NCBI RefSeq assembly: GCF_963506605.1
Contig: NC_083277.1
Span: 9,238,001-9,302,000, forward strand
DNA from: Zootoca vivipara
Lineage: Eukaryota
Direction: 5' to 3'
DNA: 64,000 nt
A program made the position numbers and the translations under genes. Below the pieces are notes generated by a model that searched no databases, was not told where the DNA came from, and saw only the letters and a list, made by a program, of their open reading frames with translations. Position 1 is the first letter of the stretch; every line of letters begins with the position of its first letter. Shown here one piece after another: positions 12,590 to 25,231 of this stretch.

Positions 12590-13254
12590 GTGCTGTGCTC
12601 GGAAACGTACTCCCTTCGACAGGAACTTGAAAAACCTGAAATTTCTGCATACGTTACCAATTTGCTGCTGGGCCAGGTTCAAGTTCTTGTGTTAATTTAC
12701 AAAGCCCTAATCAACTTGGGCAACCACATGACCTGGAAGCTGTACGCTGGCTCCCTCAGCCAATAATGCGAGATGAGCGCCACAACCCCAGAGTCGGTCA
12801 CGACTGGACCTAATAGTCAGGGGTCCCTTTGCCTAATCAACTTGGGCAAAGTACCTTAAGGAATGCCTGGTTCCTAATTCTTGCCCTTTGGTCACCGAGT
12901 CTTCTCATGGGGCACTTTTGGTAGCCCCACACACCCCTGAGATTTGGCTGGCTTTTAGCAGGGATCGAGCCTTTAGCGTGGCAGGCCCTGCCCTGTGGAA
13001 CTCCTTGCCAATAGAGGTTCTGCATTATCAAAAACTGTATTATTCAGAGAGGCCTAAGATTCTTTACCCACCAGCTCTTACTGACAGGTTCAACATTTGA
13101 AGTTGTAACATTGAGTTTTTGTTTGCTAGGCTGCCTTGTGAAATTTTATAAATCAATCAATCAAGAAAGAAGAAAAAATAGATGTGAATGATTCTTGAAA
13201 CCTAACCATCTGCAGGTCTTGCTTGGGGGAAAATAATACGAGTGTAACAAATTA

Positions 13255-16200
13255 CAGTGATGCCTCGCAAGACGAAATTAATTCGTTCCGCGAGTCGTTT
13301 CGTATTGCGAAAATTTCGTCTTGCGAAGCGCGGTTTCCCACAGGAACGCATTGAAATTTAATTAATGCGTTCCTATGGGCAAAAAAAAGTCAGAACAAAG
13401 GCAAATTTGGTTTACAAAGTGTTTATTAAGTGGTCTTTAAAGGCATACATACTGTACAGAGGATTTCAAAAATTTCAAGCGCAAAACTTCAACTTTTTAA
13501 ACATGACAGAAAAACTTTTAAAAATCAGCAATCATGAGGCAGGACCATGTGACCTGAGGCTCAACACTGAAACTGAGCAGAAACAGTCACGAACAGTCCT
13601 TGGACTGTGCAAACTCTTCAGAAAGTACATTTTTAAGGCATGTAAACAGGGGCATCATACAGAAACCAACACAGAAACTTTTTAAAATCAGCAAAGGACT
13701 CTCTAAGGCTCTAGGGAACACTTTTACACAAACATTTTAAGGTGACCAAGTGAGGCTGAAGTGTCTCAACCTACAGGACCAGTCTTTTAAGTCAGGAAAC
13801 TGGAGGCAGACAGAACGGTCTCCACATCACAGCAGCAGTCTCTTACTGTATGCTCCCAGAGCTGCAGAGGGTCTCAGCATCACTTCTCTAAGTTACCAGA
13901 CAGCTTGGACAATGCTGGACAACTTGGAGAAGGCTTCAAGGCTTGGCTTCTAGAAGGACGAGGAGGAGGAAGAAGGCAACTGGGCACCACTGGTAGAAGC
14001 AGCAGGTTCCTCTTTCACTCTTTGCTTCTTCATGATGAACCTCTCCATGGTCTGCCGCTTCAGCCGCCTTTTCAGCACCCTTCTGAAAGAGGACATGATC
14101 CTTGTATCAAACGTGTTCGCAAGGTCACGTGCCAGAGCCTTGTCTGGGTGGTGCCGCTGTGCATAAGTCTGCACATTTTTCCACTGTTGGCAGATGTCCT
14201 TCAGTTCCGTGGAGGACAGCTGTTCCTCACCTGTCGCTTCTTCCTCTTCCAAAGAGGCCTGCTCCTGTGTAGCCTCTGCCTGCAGTTCGACCAGCTCCTG
14301 GGTGGACAGCTCCTGGTCGTGGTCCTCCACCAGCTCGCAGACGTCCTCCTCTGTGACCTCAAGGCCCATGGTCCTCCCCAAGGAAACAATGTCCTCCAGC
14401 ACTGTGGACTCTGGTGCAGGCGCGGAAGCGTCAGAGTCACTTATTGCCACACAGTCTGGCCACAGGTTGCGCCAAGCGGAATTCAGAATTCTCTGGCTGA
14501 TCCCGTCCCAGGCCGTGGTGATCATCTTCACGCAGCTGACGATGTCGAAGTGGTCTCTCCAGAATTCACGCAGGGTGAGGTTGGTGCAATCGGTCACCTC
14601 GAAGCAGCGCCGGAAAAGCTCCTTGGTGTAGAGCTTTTTGAAATTGGCGATGACCTGCTGATCCATTGGCTGCAGTAGTGGGGTGGTGTTAGGCGGCAGG
14701 AACATGACCTTTATGAAGCGGAAGTCCTCTAACAAGTCTCCCTCAAGGCCTGGAGGATGAGCAGGAGCATTGTCCATCAGAAGCACGGCCTTCAGCGGCA
14801 GGTCGTTGTCCAGCAGGTACTGCTTGACTGCAGGGCCAAAAGCCAGATTGACCCAGTCCACAAACAGGACGCGTGTGACCCAAGCCTTAGCGTTGGATCG
14901 CCACAACACGCTCAGCTGGTCTTTGTTGACCTTGTGCTTCTTGAAGGCCCGTGGGTTCTCGGACTGGTACACCAGCATGGGCTTTATCTTCAGGTCACCG
15001 CTGGCGTTGGCGCAGAAGAGGAGAGTCAGACGGTCCTTCATGGGCTTGTGGCCAGGCAGCTTGGCCTCCTCTTGAGTGAGGAAGGTCCTTTTGGGCATCC
15101 TCTTCCAAAACAGCCCGGTCTCATCGCAGTTGAAGACCTGCTGTGGAAGGTAGCCCTGTGTCTTCACGACCTCCAGGAACTCCGTGGCAAAGTCCTCAGC
15201 CGCAGGGACATCGGGACTGGCAGCCTCTCCATGCCTGACCACGCTGTGGATTCCAGATCTGGTTTTGAACCTTTCAAACCAGCCTCTGCTTGCCTTGAAG
15301 ACTTCTGGCTCGGCTGAGGTTCCTGGCTCTTGCTGTACGAGGTCTGCGTGCAAGGCCTTGGCCTTCTCACAAATGACAGCCTCAGTCACTGTGGCCCCTG
15401 CACGCTGCTTCTCTTCCAGCCAGATGAGCAGCAACTTCTCCACCACCTCCAGAACAGCTGGCCGGTTCTTCACGATCCTGGTGACTCCCTTGGCTACATC
15501 TGTCGCAAGGATCTTCTCCCTCATCTTCAGGATGGTCCCGATGGTGGATGGATTCCTCCCATACTCCCTGGCGAGGTCTGTCACTCGCAGGCCTCCGTCG
15601 TGCTTCCAGATGATCTCCTTCTTCATTTCTAGCGTAATCTTCTCCTTTGTCCTCTTCCCGGCCTCTGCAGGAGCAGCCTTCTTGGGACCCACGTCAGCAC
15701 GCTTGCTATGTTCGCAAAAACAAAAGGCAGTGCTTCACATCCGCTTCACACACACCTTCCCACCCCTGGCCAAACCTGCCCGGGACAAACAAGTGGCATA
15801 ACAGCCCCCCCCCCAACAAAGGTGAAGCTAATCTCCCTACCTTTCCACTGCTTGAGATGTCCCTGTGAAGAAGCTCCTTAAATCCTGGTCTGGAAAAAAC
15901 AGTTGCAAATGAGTTCCACAGATTCCCCAAACTGCTGAAAAAACTCCCCTAACCTCCCCAAAACAGCAGGCCAAAACTGGCCAGCTGGCCCCCCCAAAAT
16001 GTACCTCAAACGCTGGCCACCACTTCCCAAAAGTTATGAAAAGTTCAAAGAAACTTCCCTTAGCTGCTGGTAGTAGGTTCCCCAAACCTCTGCAAAAGAA
16101 TAAAGAAAACCTGAACCCCCCCAACCCCAAACCCTCAAAAAAGTTTGGAAAATGTGGGGAAGATGCTCAGAACAGTTCACCAAATGGTGGCAAAAAAGTT

Positions 16201-16557
16201 CTGAAAACCTTCCAAAAAGCTTCCCAAAAGGATTGCTAGGAGTTGGTGAACTGTTCAGAACACGACCAAAAACAGGGTTTTCCCACAGCACAGGCCACAG
16301 TTGCTCCTCGAAGTCAACCCTGGAACTGTACGTGGAGAAGTGAGCCCAGGCTGCATTGGGGAGGCTTTTTAAACCTCCAGGCACAATGCATCCTGGGTAT
16401 TAACGGTTGTGTGATTCAAAACAAACAAACAAAAAATCATCTTGCAAAGCACGGCCATAGAAAAATTAGTCTTGTGAGTCACCAAAAAAAATCGCAAAAT
16501 GCTTTCGTCTTGCAAGTTTTTTGTTGCGTGAGGCATTCGTCTTGCGAGGCATCACTG
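13255..16557 (-). mobile_element. Full-length Tigger/pogo DNA transposon (3303 bp) in the gene B intron
   Basis: Perfect 22 bp TIRs CAGTGATGCCTCGCAAGACGAA, TA on both sides, subterminal TTCGTCTTGCGA repeats. Confidence 0.95.
13950..15692 (-). CDS. Tigger/pogo transposase (HTH_psq/CENP-B-like HTH plus DDE_1, DD36D)
   Basis: Uninterrupted 580 codons; motifs FKASRGWFERFK, VFNCDETGLFW, LLMDNAPAH, LQPMDQ; first codon is GTG. Confidence 0.93.
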   Translation of the reverse strand: MGPKKAAPAEAGKRTKEKITLEMKKEIIWKHDGGLRVTDLAREYGRNPSTIGTILKMREKILATDVAKGVTRIVKNRPAVLEVVEKLLLIWLEEKQRAGATVTEAVICEKAKALHADLVQQEPGTSAEPEVFKASRGWFERFKTRSGIHSVVRHGEAASPDVPAAEDFATEFLEVVKTQGYLPQQVFNCDETGLFWKRMPKRTFLTQEEAKLPGHKPMKDRLTLLFCANASGDLKIKPMLVYQSENPRAFKKHKVNKDQLSVLWRSNAKAWVTRVLFVDWVNLAFGPAVKQYLLDNDLPLKAVLLMDNAPAHPPGLEGDLLEDFRFIKVMFLPPNTTPLLQPMDQQVIANFKKLYTKELFRRCFEVTDCTNLTLREFWRDHFDIVSCVKMITTAWDGISQRILNSAWRNLWPDCVAISDSDASAPAPESTVLEDIVSLGRTMGLEVTEEDVCELVEDHDQELSTQELVELQAEATQEQASLEEEEATGEEQLSSTELKDICQQWKNVQTYAQRHHPDKALARDLANTFDTRIMSSFRRVLKRRLKRQTMERFIMKKQRVKEEPAASTSGAQLPSSSSSSF

Positions 16558-17075
16558 TATTTTCTTTCTACACATCTAGCACATTCAAAATGCAGTCTTC
16601 CCCTCAAATAATTCTGGGCACTGCAGTTTGTTAAGGCTTGCTGGGAATTAAAAACCAAAGGGTCTGCAAGAATGTTTCCATTAAGACACACACTATATAA
16701 AATAAATACAAGTAACTCAAACTTGTGTGGACTTAACTTGTGCATATTTAGCTTCATACACTTGGGGGGGGTTTAAAAATTTAAGAGGGAGCAGGCGTCT
16801 GGGGGAAAAGACTTTGGCAGTCCCACCCACCGTTGTTCATTCTTTAAGCAACCAGCTTCTGCAGTCCCAGTGCCTCACCATAGCTCATCCATCCACAGTC
16901 CATGAAAATACAACTTACTCAACCCATGTTTTACTGCACATATCAGAACCCTCCTTGTACCTTATATGTTGTTTTTCACTCTAACATTCCGCTGTTAGGT
17001 TCCTCTTTAATTGGTTCTTACCAGTCTTGTGGTCAGGTTGCATTCTTCGCTGATAATGGGCCTAAAACTAAGATA

Positions 17076-17258
17076 CTGTATATTCCTGCGTATAAAACTA
17101 CTTTTTAACCCAGGAAAATCTTCTCAAAAGTCGGGGGTCGTCTTAAACGCCGGGTCGTATTTCTTATACGGCGAGTATATCCCAAACTCTATATTTTAAC
17201 TGGAAAAGTTGGGGGTCGTCTTATATGCAGAGTCGTCTTATACGCCCGAATATACGGG
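17076..17258. mobile_element. Tc1/mariner-pogo-type MITE; second copy at 1005-1163
   Basis: GTATATTC..GCGTATAA inverted ends, TA flanks. Confidence 0.75.
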
Positions 17259-17458
17259 TAGTTGTTTATTTCCTTGACATCTGATGGGAGGGCATTCCAC
17301 AGGGTGGGCACCACTACCGAGAAGGCCCTCTGCCTGGTTCCCTGTAACCTCACTTCTCGCAGGGAGGGAACCGCCAGAAGGCCCTCAGAGCTGGACCTTA
17401 GTGTCCGGGCTGAATGATGGGGGTGGAGACACTTGTTCAGGTATACTGGGCCGAGGCC
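17259..17458 (-). mobile_element. L2 LINE fragment
   Basis: Same family as 12177-12589. Confidence 0.8.
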
Positions 17459-17573
17459 CAAATTATCTGTCAATAGGGAATGCTTGCTCCTTCTTTTGGG
17501 GACTGATGAAATAGTGGTCCAGTTAACTGATGTATGTTCCCCTTGGCTCTCATTTCTTTCTCTGCTCCAATAG

Positions 17574-18583
17574 GAGGATGCTGGGAAAGGGGAAATGAAG
17601 GTGAACCAGGAGGAGCGTCTACAAAAATAGAAGACCTAGACGTGGATGTTAGCACCAGTACTCAAGATGAAGCAACGAGGCACCAAGGCAGAAAAATGCC
17701 CACCAGAGATAAGCGCGGGAATCCCTCCAATGACAGCAAAGATGGGGAGGCCCACAAAACCCCAGCCCATCTAGATGTGCAGGAGGAAAAGAGAAGGAAC
17801 AAGTGCCCTGTGTGCGGGAAAATGTTTTGTTCTAAATCACGCCTTAAAGTACATCAGAGAATCCACACCGAGAAGAGGCCCTATCAGTGCTTTGAGTGCG
17901 GGAAGAGTTTTAGGCAGAGCGGGCATCTCTCTCAACATCAGAGGATGCACACGGGAGAAAAACGGTACAAGTGCTTGGAGTGTGGGAAGAGCTTCAGCCA
18001 GAGCACCTACTTTATCCTGCACAAAATAACCCACACGGGAGAGAAGCCGTTCACGTGCCTGGAGTGCGGCAAGAGCTTCAGTCACAGCAGGCGGCTCACC
18101 ATACATCGCACGATCCACACAGGGGAAAGGCCGTACAAGTGCAAGGAGTGCGGGCAGAGCTTCAGCCAGAGCACGCACCTTACATCTCACCAGAGAATCC
18201 ACACCGGGGAGAAGCCGTACAAATGCCAGGAGTGCGGGAAATGCTTCAATCAGAGCACGCACCTCACTTTGCACCGGAGGATCCACACCGGGGAGAAACC
18301 TTACCAGTGTTTGGAGTGTGGGAAGTCCTTCAGCCAGAGGCCGCACCTTACTTTGCACCAGAGAATCCACACGGAGGAGAAGATGTACAAATGCTCAGAG
18401 TGCGGAAAGAGCTTCCATCGAAGCGACCACCTGACTTCGCATCTGAGAGTGCACACAGGGGAGAAGCCGTACCAGTGCTCACAGTGTGGGAAGAGCTTTA
18501 GCCGAAGTGCAATCCTGACTAAGCATCAGATAACCCACAAAGGCAGAGAAACTCCCGTGGGAACAGAGGAAGGCTCCGCCTGA
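17574..18583 (+). CDS. Gene B zinc-finger exon, 9 C2H2 fingers (~371 aa protein from ATG 11062)
   Basis: Polypyrimidine tract and caatag|GA acceptor; 9 canonical fingers in ORF 17534-18583. Confidence 0.92.
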
Positions 18584-19983
18584 GCATTTCCTGGGGTCCA
18601 CTTCCTCCTTGGAAATTCTAGCCGGTTGTGACGCACTGCCGTTCCAGTTACGATGCGGCTCCAGAGAGAGGGTTGACATGTGATTACATTGTATAGCAGC
18701 ACGATCCTTGGGTATCCTGGATCAAATGGAATGTGCTTCAAATGTCATTCATACGCTCTTTACACTAGAGTTGGAGAATCCCATAGCTGTCCTCTGGATC
18801 AAGTCCCCTTAAGCCCCAGTCAGTATGGCTGATGGTCGGGAATTACGAGTGTTGTAGCCCAATAGAATCATAGAATCATAGAGTTGGAAGAGACCACAAT
18901 GGCCATCCAGTCCAACCCCCTCCCAAGCAGGAAACACCATCAAAGCATTCTTGACATATGCCTGTCAAGCCTTTGCTTAAAGACCTCCAAAGAAGGAGAC
19001 TCCACCACACTCCTTGGTAGCAAATTCCACTGCCAAACAGCTCTGAGGGTTAATAACTTCCGAATAACTTCTGAGGGTTCACAGGTATCCTATCCTTACT
19101 GCAGATCAGTGGTTCCCAAACTTTTTTCGGGTCAGCGTTTCAGTAAACTTGAAACCCTTTCAAAAGCATTATTCAGGATAGCAGTTTGCACAACTCACTT
19201 AAGACATTAACACAACAAAATTCCAAACAGCAACAATTAAAGTGCACGTTGATTTAAAATCCAATTTAAATGACTTAGTTTATTTAACAAACCGGTGAAC
19301 TTGATCTGTTTTGTTGTAGGTTTTTAAACAGGTTGAGTGGTTTTCTGTCGTGGTTGCTTTAGCTGTGATTCCTGCACTGCAGGGGGTTGGGCTAGATGAC
19401 CCCTGGGGGTACCTTCCAATTCTCCTGTTGCCTCTTAGCCCCCAGCTGGGAAATCCCACTCACCCCAGGGGGTGGTACTACCCATTTTGGGAACCACTGA
19501 TCTCGATTAAAGAACTCAACATACCGTAGGTGGAAAATCCTGTAAAATGAAAATTGTATTGCTCACATAGCACATTCCCAGCCACGTTCTTTATTAGCCT
19601 TTTTCAGCCTAGTGCCCTCCAAATAATTCAGACTATTTTGCTGTCTCTTTCTCTGCAAAAAGTCACCTGGAGTTTGAGGGATCCTTTCCTCTCTGCCCCA
19701 GATGGTAGCTTCTATTTAAACAAAAAACCAAAACCAAAGGGGTTTGTCGATAAGCAGCTAGGGTACTTCTTTCAAGTAGATGGGCTGGTGGAAGTATGTA
19801 AAATGTATAAAATTGCCTTATTTCATCCTTTCTTTGTCAAATCATTCCAGTTTTATTAGTTTCAGACTAAGACCTGAGAGACCTGGGCTCAGATCCCCAC
19901 TTAGCCAAGAAAGGGAGGCAAATATTGGCAGCCTACCTCCCGGGGTTGTTGTTACGAATAACACGATCACAGTCGTTCAAGAC

Positions 19984-20119
19984 CAGGCATAGGCAAACTC
20001 GGCCCTCCAGATATTTTGAGACTACAATTCCCATCATCCCTGACCACTGGTCCTCTTGGCTAGGGATTATGGGAGTTGTAGTCCCAAAACATCTGGAGGG
20101 CCGAGTTTGCCTATGCCTG
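19984..20119. mobile_element. 136 bp palindromic hAT MITE; near-identical family at 40941-41076, 48906-49041, 49556-49691
   Basis: CAGGCA..TGCCTG ends; 8 bp TSDs TTCAAGAC and CTCTGGAA. Confidence 0.9.
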
Positions 20120-20431
20120 TTCAAGACCCTGGAAGGCAGGTCTTGTCTTGTATATTCTTCGAATGAATTTTTAAAAGAACGAGGAAGCAAATCCTGCTAT
20201 TTGTTTTTATCCATTTGTACATCGTTGGTGATATTAATAAAGAAACGAGCCTGTCTTGGGTAGTAAAATGCATGACTGAAAGCTACTCTGGAAAGCTTGG
20301 AGTGGGGGGAAGAGAACTGTTACCATGGGATAGGATGGGGGAAATGGCCCTTGCCTTGTGCAACCGGCTTCCTGTATTTGCAACAGGATGGTCGTTATCA
20401 TACACTTCTAGTCCCAGGGAACATTTATTCA

Positions 20432-20668
20432 GGAGAGAAGTGAAGTTACAGGGAGAGCCTTCTCAGCTGTGGCACCCTCCCTGTGGAACGCCCTCCCATC
20501 AGATGTCAAATAAACAACTACATATCTGACTTTAAGAAGACATCTGAAGGCAGCCCTGTTTAGGGAAGTTTTTAATGTTTGAGATTTTATTACGTTTTTA
20601 TATTTTGATGGAAGCTGCCCAGAGTGGCTGGAGAAACCCAGACAGATGGGTGGGGTATCAATAATGAA

Positions 20669-20713
<45 letters not shown>
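20432..20713 (+). mobile_element. L2 LINE 3' fragment
   Basis: Same family, with a (TTA)n tail. Confidence 0.8.
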
Positions 20714-20715
<2 letters not shown>

Positions 20716-21021
20716 GCCACACAGGTGCGTCTGTCAAGGTGGCTGGCACACACACATTCACAGAAGGACGAGTTCATTGCCCCATCAGCCTTCTGATCAA
20801 TCCTAGGTAACTTGGGCAAGCCACAAAGGGTAAAGTTCAATTCACAGTACAGCCACACACACCAACTGATACAACAAAATACAAATACAACATTTAACAG
20901 TAAGTCAGAAAGTGAGAAAAGCCTGCGGGAGGTCAATGGTCCATCAAGTTCAGTTTCCTGTTCTCAAGGTGTCCAAGCAGATGACTCAATTCCGCTGGTC
21001 TCTGCGCTGTTCCATAAAATA

Positions 21022-21223
21022 AAAAAGGTAAAGGGACCCCTGACCATTAGGTCCAGTTGTGACCGACTCTGGGGTTGCAGTGCTCATCTCGTGTTATTAG
21101 CCGAGGGAGCCAGCGTACAGCTTCCAGAGCAGCACACGGAAACGCCGTTTACCTTCCCGCTTTACCTTACCTATTTATCTACTTGCACTTTGACATGCTT
21201 TCGAACTGCTAGGTTGGCAGGAG
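21022..21223 (-). mobile_element. Sauria (Squam1-type) SINE fragment; second copy at ~12718-12830 (+)
   Basis: GGGTCCCTTTACCTTT-type tail and body shared between the two copies. Confidence 0.75.
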
Positions 21224-21283
21224 CCAAACACATTAAAAATACATTAAAAACACCTGGCCTACAGCTCTCCTCAGGCTGTACTA

Positions 21284-21525
21284 CAGTCAAACCTCAGTTA
21301 TCAAACATACTCTGTTCTGGAAGCCCATTCAGCTTCCGAAACGTTTGACAACTGAGGCGCGGCTTCTGATTGGTTGCAGGAGCTTCCTGCGCTCAAGCGG
21401 AAGCTGCATTGGATGTTCGGCTTCGGAAAAACGTTCGAAAACAGGGAGCATTTGCTTCCGGGTTTTCGGCGTTCAGGAGCTGAAACGTTTGGAAATGGAG
21501 CTGTTCGAGAACCGAGGTTTGACTG
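21284..21525. mobile_element. Tigger-type MITE
   Basis: TIR CAGTCAAACCTC, TA flanks. Confidence 0.82.
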
Positions 21526-23873
21526 TATTTAGCTGCATTTTATTCATTCAACAAATGTTGTGTATCACTTGACTGCAAATGAAACCTCAGCAGTTTACAA
21601 AGCAGATGAAAAATGTCTGTAGAAACCAATGTAAGTAACAAGTTTATATAAAAAGGTGAAGAACCAGGAGTTTAAAAAGTATACGTTCTAAACTAGTATT
21701 CCAGATTAAAACACACATCAATTTCACATGTCCAGGTAGGATTCCCTAAACAGAAAAGATTTTAGCAGGTGCTGAAAAGGCACCTGCCTAATGTCAATGA
21801 GCAGGGAATTCCGAAGTGTAAAAGCTGTCACACCAAAAGTGTAGAATGAGCATTATTCTCAGCCCACCTTAAAAAAAAAAAACTACGCTTCCCAGGATTC
21901 TTTGCAGGAAGCCATGACTGCTTGAAGAGGTATGGTACTGCTTGAAATGTATAATACAGATTGAGCCTAAGTCCACTGCAAAGGATTTGGACCCCCCAAA
22001 GGGAGGAGAAGGGGAAGGGAATGAACCCAGGGAACAGCTGGTTATGGGCATTTATTATGGAAGCCAGAGAACAGAAAGACAACTGGAAAGGAACTTTCTG
22101 GATAAGTAGGACTTTATTTACTGACTAGCAGCCTCATACACAGGCAATCCTAAGGGCTGTATCCAGCGAAGTCCTACTCAGAGAAGACCCACTGAAATGA
22201 ATGGACCCAAGTTAGTCATGCCCATTCACTTCAATCGGTCTACTCTCTGAGTAGGACCAGCACTGGATACAACCCTAAGTAACAACGACCACAACAAAAT
22301 CACTGCAGTTTTTAAATCAGTGGTTGAAATCAGTGCTGTTCTGAAGGGTCCAGTCAGCCATCTTGATTCAAAATGGCATCCAGCTGTATCCAAACACAGA
22401 AGAAAGCCTGTGTGTTGAACGCAGGGACAGTAATTGGAAATTAGGTCACAATTATCTTATGAGGTGTCCAAAAATGCACATTAAACAGACAAACAAGATT
22501 CCAAAATATACAGTGGATTTTTTAAATCCAGGAATGGGGAGCCTGTGGCCTTCTGGACGTTGTTGGATTCCAGCTCCCATCAGGCCCTGCCAGCATGACC
22601 AACGGTCAGGGATGATGGGAATTGGAGTCCAGCAACATATTGAGGGGCACCAGCTCCCCATCCATGCTTCAAGCGCCATCTATAAGCTCCCCAGCTGCAC
22701 CTGAAATCACCTTCTTGCGGCAAGTTCACACATGCATTGTTCACCCCTCATTAAGTGAATATGCCAAGGGATCACACAAAACCCACTTTTCCAGGGGAGG
22801 GGATCACACATCACTGCCCGTATGTTGGTTTTTTTTACTTATTTAATGTGTTTTATTTTATTTTTATGCCCCACCTTGCAAGGATTTCCCCTTAGCAACA
22901 ACCTTGTGAGGCAGGCTAGGCTGAGATCTTAAGTGCTGCTTAGGACTTTGGGGAAGGATACTTAAGTGGTGTGTTGAACCAACTGGAAATGCCGACCCAA
23001 GCGCTATCAAATTCAATATATTTATGACTGAACAAAGGCCAAGGAAGTCCAACTCAGTCATGTTTGACTTCAAATTGAGGAAACTTACAAAAAAACTAAG
23101 GAATTAGTATAACTTATAAAGAATTTTGAAAAGGGAAGTCAAAGGGGTCAAATCTCTGTCCCAAAGTGGGGCGGCACCAAAACCTCAATAACAGAAGCTC
23201 AGCTAGAATGCATATCCGAAATTGGAAAGGTGCCACCAGAGCCAAGAGGATGCCAGCATGGTTAATGAGCAGAGTCAAGGAAGAGATTTGAGGCAAGGAG
23301 GCATCTTCCAGAAAACGCAAGTCTTGTCCAAATGTAGGGAACAAAATGGAACACAAACTTTGGCAAAATAAATTCAAGCAGACGCTAAGGGATGCTGGGG
23401 GGGGGGAGAATCCAAGGAGCACATTGCTTAAAAAGTAAAGAACAACAATGCACACAGGAAGTGTAAATGGCCAGCAGACTTTGAAAAGCTGGTAACAGGG
23501 GATCAAGTTAATCAATTTTGTTGAATTAAACTAAATTATTGCAGGGGGTTGGACTGGATGACCCTCAGGGTCCCTTCCAACTCTACGGAATAGTTCTAAC
23601 TGGATTTAGAATATATGTGCAATTAATTGTTCCTGTTTTGAATTTTATTGTGTTGTTATCTTCCTTAGCAGGTCGTGGAAAGCGCTATTCTGAATAATGC
23701 TTTTCATAGGGTAGGGGGCACTGGGGGTGAAAAAGTTTGGGAACCACTACACTAGCCCAAGGTTCCCTAAGGAAGCCTTATGGCTGAGTGGAGATTTGAT
23801 CCCGCGGGTCGTATTCAATGCTAGTCCTACTCAGAGTAGACACACTGACATTAAGGGACATGACTGATGTACT

Positions 23874-24008
23874 AGTTACAGGTAGGTAGCCCTGTTGGTA
23901 TGACATAGTCAAAACAAAATTTAAAAAATCCTTCCAGTAGCACCTTAGAGACCAACTAAGTTTGTCATAGGTATGAGTTTTTGTGTGCATGCACACTTCT
24001 TCAGATAC
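23874..24008 (-). mobile_element. Second Penelope-like fragment, hammerhead core mutated
   Basis: Reverse-complement homologue of 47378-47508. Confidence 0.65.
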
Positions 24009-24217
24009 AGGTTCTTTCATTTCAATGGGTCCGCTCAAACTGGGAGTGAATTGACTACAACCTCGGATATTCACAGTCTTAGCCGGACGCTCAAACCACG
24101 ACACCAGAGTGCATTGTGCATAGAAGTGAGTCGTTGGGGCCTGTAGGTCTTTGGGGCCTACTGAACACTATGCTGCCCTCCCTCAAAACAGTTGCTCAGT
24201 TCAAAACGTGACTTCTG

Positions 24218-25155
24218 TTAAAAATCAGTTGGCGTGGGGGGGGGGGGCTGTGGGATCTGCTCGGAATGAATCCGCTTATGCCTATTCAGGCTAGAGGCTC
24301 CCGTGAAACCTTTGCCACAGTCAGAGCATTCGTATGGTTTCTCTCCTGTGTGGATTCTCTGGTGCGTCACCAGCTTAGGCCTCCGGCTGAAGCCTTTCCC
24401 GCAAACCGAGCACAGGAACGGCTTCTCTCCAGTGTGGGCTCTCTCGTGGACGCGGAGGTGCGACCTCCGGCTGAAGCCTTTCCCGCACTCGGGGCATTTA
24501 TGGGGCCTCTCTCCTGTGTGGGTTCTCCTGTGCAAAATCAGGTTCGACTGCTGGCTGAAGCTCTTCCCGCACTCTAAGCAGGTATAAGGCCTCTCCCCTG
24601 TGTGGGTCCGGTGGTGCTTAATAAGGTTGGCTCTTTGGGCGAAACTCTTCCCACACTCTGAGCAGATGTAGGGCCTCTCGTCGCTGTGGGTCCTGCGGTG
24701 CCTGCTGAGGCTTGAGCAGTCGCTGAAGCTGGTCCCGCAGTCCGGGCATTTGTACGGTTTCTCCCCCGTGTGTATTCTCTGATGACTGACAAGGTCGGCT
24801 TTCCGGCTGAACCTCTTCCCACAATCCGAGCATTCGTAAGGCTTCTCTTCCAAGTGCATTCTCCAATCTTCACCATGGTCACTTCTGCAAAGCTGCCCAC
24901 ACTCAGTGCAAGAGATCCGTCCCTCACCTTTGAAGATTCTCTGGTGGTTAGTTGCTCCATTGAATTGTTTGCAACAGCCTTGAGGACAATGAACTGAGCT
25001 TTCATTCTCGGGTCCACTTCCCATGCGACTCTCGGAGGCTTCCCAAAAATCAGGATGGGGGGGAATGTGCTGGTCGCAGCTCCCTGACAACATCCAAAAT
25101 GGCTGCACGTCTCCAGAAACTTCTGTATGGGTCTTCTCCTTCCTCAAATTACTTT
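24218..25155 (-). CDS. Gene C zinc-finger exon: 7 intact fingers and 1 degenerate finger (model 29365-28628, 26932-26806, 25155-24218; ~600 aa)
   Basis: C2H2 array in ORF 24218-25225; acceptor ttctag|AA in phase 1. Confidence 0.9.
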
Positions 25156-25231
25156 CTAGAATACCAAGGGGGAGAATGCAGAAACTAAATGATTCCCTGA
25201 ACAACAGTGGGAAAGGGATCCTCAAATCACA

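Noticed and set aside
13950-15692. Domesticated TIGD/JRK/CENP-B gene
   Set aside because: Perfect TIRs and a TA TSD indicate a transposon copy; no gene symbol assigned
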